64,000 nt of DNA from assembly GCA_002633005.1 (NCBI GenBank), contig NMRA01000175.1, forward strand, positions 528,916-592,915, given 5' to 3'. A program made the position numbers and the translations under genes. This document shows, piece after piece, positions 61,883 to 64,000 of the stretch. Position 1 is the stretch's first letter, and each line of letters begins with the position of its first letter. Source of the DNA: Phoronis australis (Eukaryota > Animalia > Phoronida). Under the pieces are notes generated by a model. The model did not search any database and had not been told where the DNA came from. It worked only from the letters and a program-made list of their open reading frames with translations.

Positions 61883-64000
61883 GTTTTATTTTTTTTTTTT
61901 ATTTTTTTTAATACGTTTATTTACCCAGAAAGCATATCATTAATGAATAGTAGATACGGCTGGGTATAATACATGTACATCATATTAATTGAACAAATAA
62001 GTATCTGGAAATTACTCCTAATGATTGGGCGAATAATTAGCCGAGAATAATATGAAAAGGGGGGAAACGGGAAGGGGAAGGACTTTCATACACTCATTCA
62101 CACTCACATTCACACGATTTAATTAACTTATGTTTACATTTACGTAGGTGCATATTTATGAAAAGGTCAATTTTCTTATAATACAACAGAATGGTTAAAA
62201 AATAACACCATATGTTGTTTGAATCATTTTAAAGAGATGCCTGCAAAACCCTCCACTGTTCTGAAATTTTATCCGAGGCATTAAATACAATGAGGTTCAC
62301 TGCGTCAAAAAGTATACATCTAAACTTATTAAAACAAGGTTGAGACCTATCTCTCGATGATAATGTTGGGCATGAGTGTATATGGTATTGAAGATTTCAC
62401 TTAGATTGCCAAAGAAGCAAACTAAGAAGTGGTACATAGATGGCTCAGTGTGTAAATTAAAAACTTTACTTATGAAATGATGTAAAGAATTCCAGAAACG
62501 TTTAACACAGACACAGCTGAAAAACATATGCTGAAAAGTCTGGACTTCGCCACAGTAAGGACATTGGTCTGTTTGTGAAATACCAAATATTTTTAACATT
62601 TTGTTTGTGTAAATTCTTTTGTAAATGAAAAAGTATTTAAACATTGACAAATGAGGGTTTATGGGTAGATTAAAAGGGAGATTATATATTTCTTTAATTT
62701 CGGCGTCTGTGTAGTAGTTGAGTAAAAACGCATAATTATCTGGTTTTACAGAAAACTTGTGAATAAATGTGTTTTTGATCCATAGAGTGGAACTATTGAA
62801 GAATAAAAATCTAATGTTATTACAACTAACAATCCTTCTATCCGACGGACCCAGAACTTTCTTTAAGGTCGTTGTGGTGGAATAAAATGGTATGATAGAC
62901 GTATCCTTTAAGTTATAATTTTTCTTAATGCTTTCCCATTTAAGAAGTTTGTTCTGGCTATCTAAAAAATCTTCACAAAATATGAGGCCTGCATTGTACA
63001 GATCTTGGTAAAATAATGCTTTACCGTTAACAGTTAAGTTACAATTGTTCCATATCACTTGTTTGGCTATTGGTACTTCATAAAATATTTCAGGATTAAG
63101 AATATCTAAGGTTGAGAGAACATCTTTGTAAAAAGGGTTCTTAATTTCGCATTTTAGGGTTTTCAGTTCAAAATTGGATGAAAAAATGAGGACACCGCAA
63201 TACGACTGAAAAGATGCCTCGGGTATATCTTCCAACTTGCCTCATCCTCTGTATTAAAGCGCTTGACCCAATTAAATAATAAGTTTAACTTGATCAGTTC
63301 CATGTTAGGATATTTCAAACCACCCTCTTGATATGGTAAAATAGTCACAGTTTCTTTAATTTTTGGTGGTTTATTTAACCAAACAAATTCTCTGATAAGT
63401 TTATTAACTTCACGAATTCTTTTTTTGGAGATTCCCACAGTTGACACTACATGAATGAGTTTCGATAAACCATAAATTTTCGTAAGGAAGATTCTGCCTT
63501 TTATGGACAAATTTCGTATTTTCCAAATATTAAACAGGTCTTTAAGCTTTTGGATTTTATCATCAAAATTGAGTTTTTCAGCGTCATCCCCTCTTCTGCC
63601 AAAGAATATTCCTAGACTTTTAATGGGCTTTTGGGGCCAGCTGATTCCATAAAGTGGTTTACGATTTCGGTGCATTGTTGAGGCAAACATCCCTTGGCAT
63701 TTTTCATAATTCAAGTGGAGTCCAGATAATGTTCCAAAATAATCTAAAAATCTAAAACAGTTATTTCCAGATTCTAAGTCTTTAATGAAAAGAACTGTAT
63801 CATCTGCATACTGTGCAATTTTGATTTCGTGATTGTCTATTATGAAGCCTCTAATTAATTCATTGCTTCTGATATGATGTGACATAATTTCCGCACACAG
63901 GACGAACAGCGGACTTGATAGTGGGTCTCCTTGTCGGAGGCCTTTCTCTATGTTAAAATACTGTGATGTAAATCCGTTGTTCATCACACATGACGAAATT
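61883..64000 (-). mobile_element. L1/Tx1-clade LINE, ORF2 RT to zinc finger plus 3'UTR and poly(A); continues beyond the window
   Basis: GLRQGDPLSSPLF, QYADDT, YQEGGLKYPN. Frameshift near 63200. IWNN and CPYCGEVQTFQHMFFSC. AATAAA and A-rich tail at 61883-61922 on the minus strand. Confidence 0.93.

Overview
AT-rich eukaryotic DNA from an animal, probably a marine invertebrate (inference from gene and TE content). It comes from a draft assembly with single-N joins at 18735, 35361, 43943, 53532 and 57362. Four protein-coding genes can be supported. (1) A spliced 26/29-kDa-type papain-family cysteine protease (- strand, 9 coding exons traced at 1283-11788, first exon unresolved). (2) A rolling-stone-like multipass membrane protein with an intronless CDS (+, 21356-22546). 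(3) A RING/B-box/coiled-coil/NHL TRIM protein with an intronless CDS (-, 29219-30922). (4) AP-1 adaptor mu1 subunit AP1M1 (-, 39836-52660, 425 aa). The rest is decayed LINEs, tRNA-derived SINEs, MITEs, fold-backs and minisatellites. The main finding is a splicing switch in AP1M1. Exon 6 is tandemly duplicated into two 127-nt, apparently mutually exclusive exons that differ at 4 residues, three of them close to a cargo-binding arginine. GCAUG (Rbfox-type) motifs lie downstream of 6a, and GCAUG plus ACUAAC (Quaking-type) motifs lie upstream of 6b, which begins with a recursive-type AG|GTGAGT site. The gene also has a U12-type intron. Other notable items are a PPT-preceded mini-LTR carrying a tRNA-like Pol III promoter, a SINE with a 61-bp flanking duplication, a 620-bp fold-back, and an old inverted duplication bracketing the TRIM gene. 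All coordinates were read by eye and no database searches were run.
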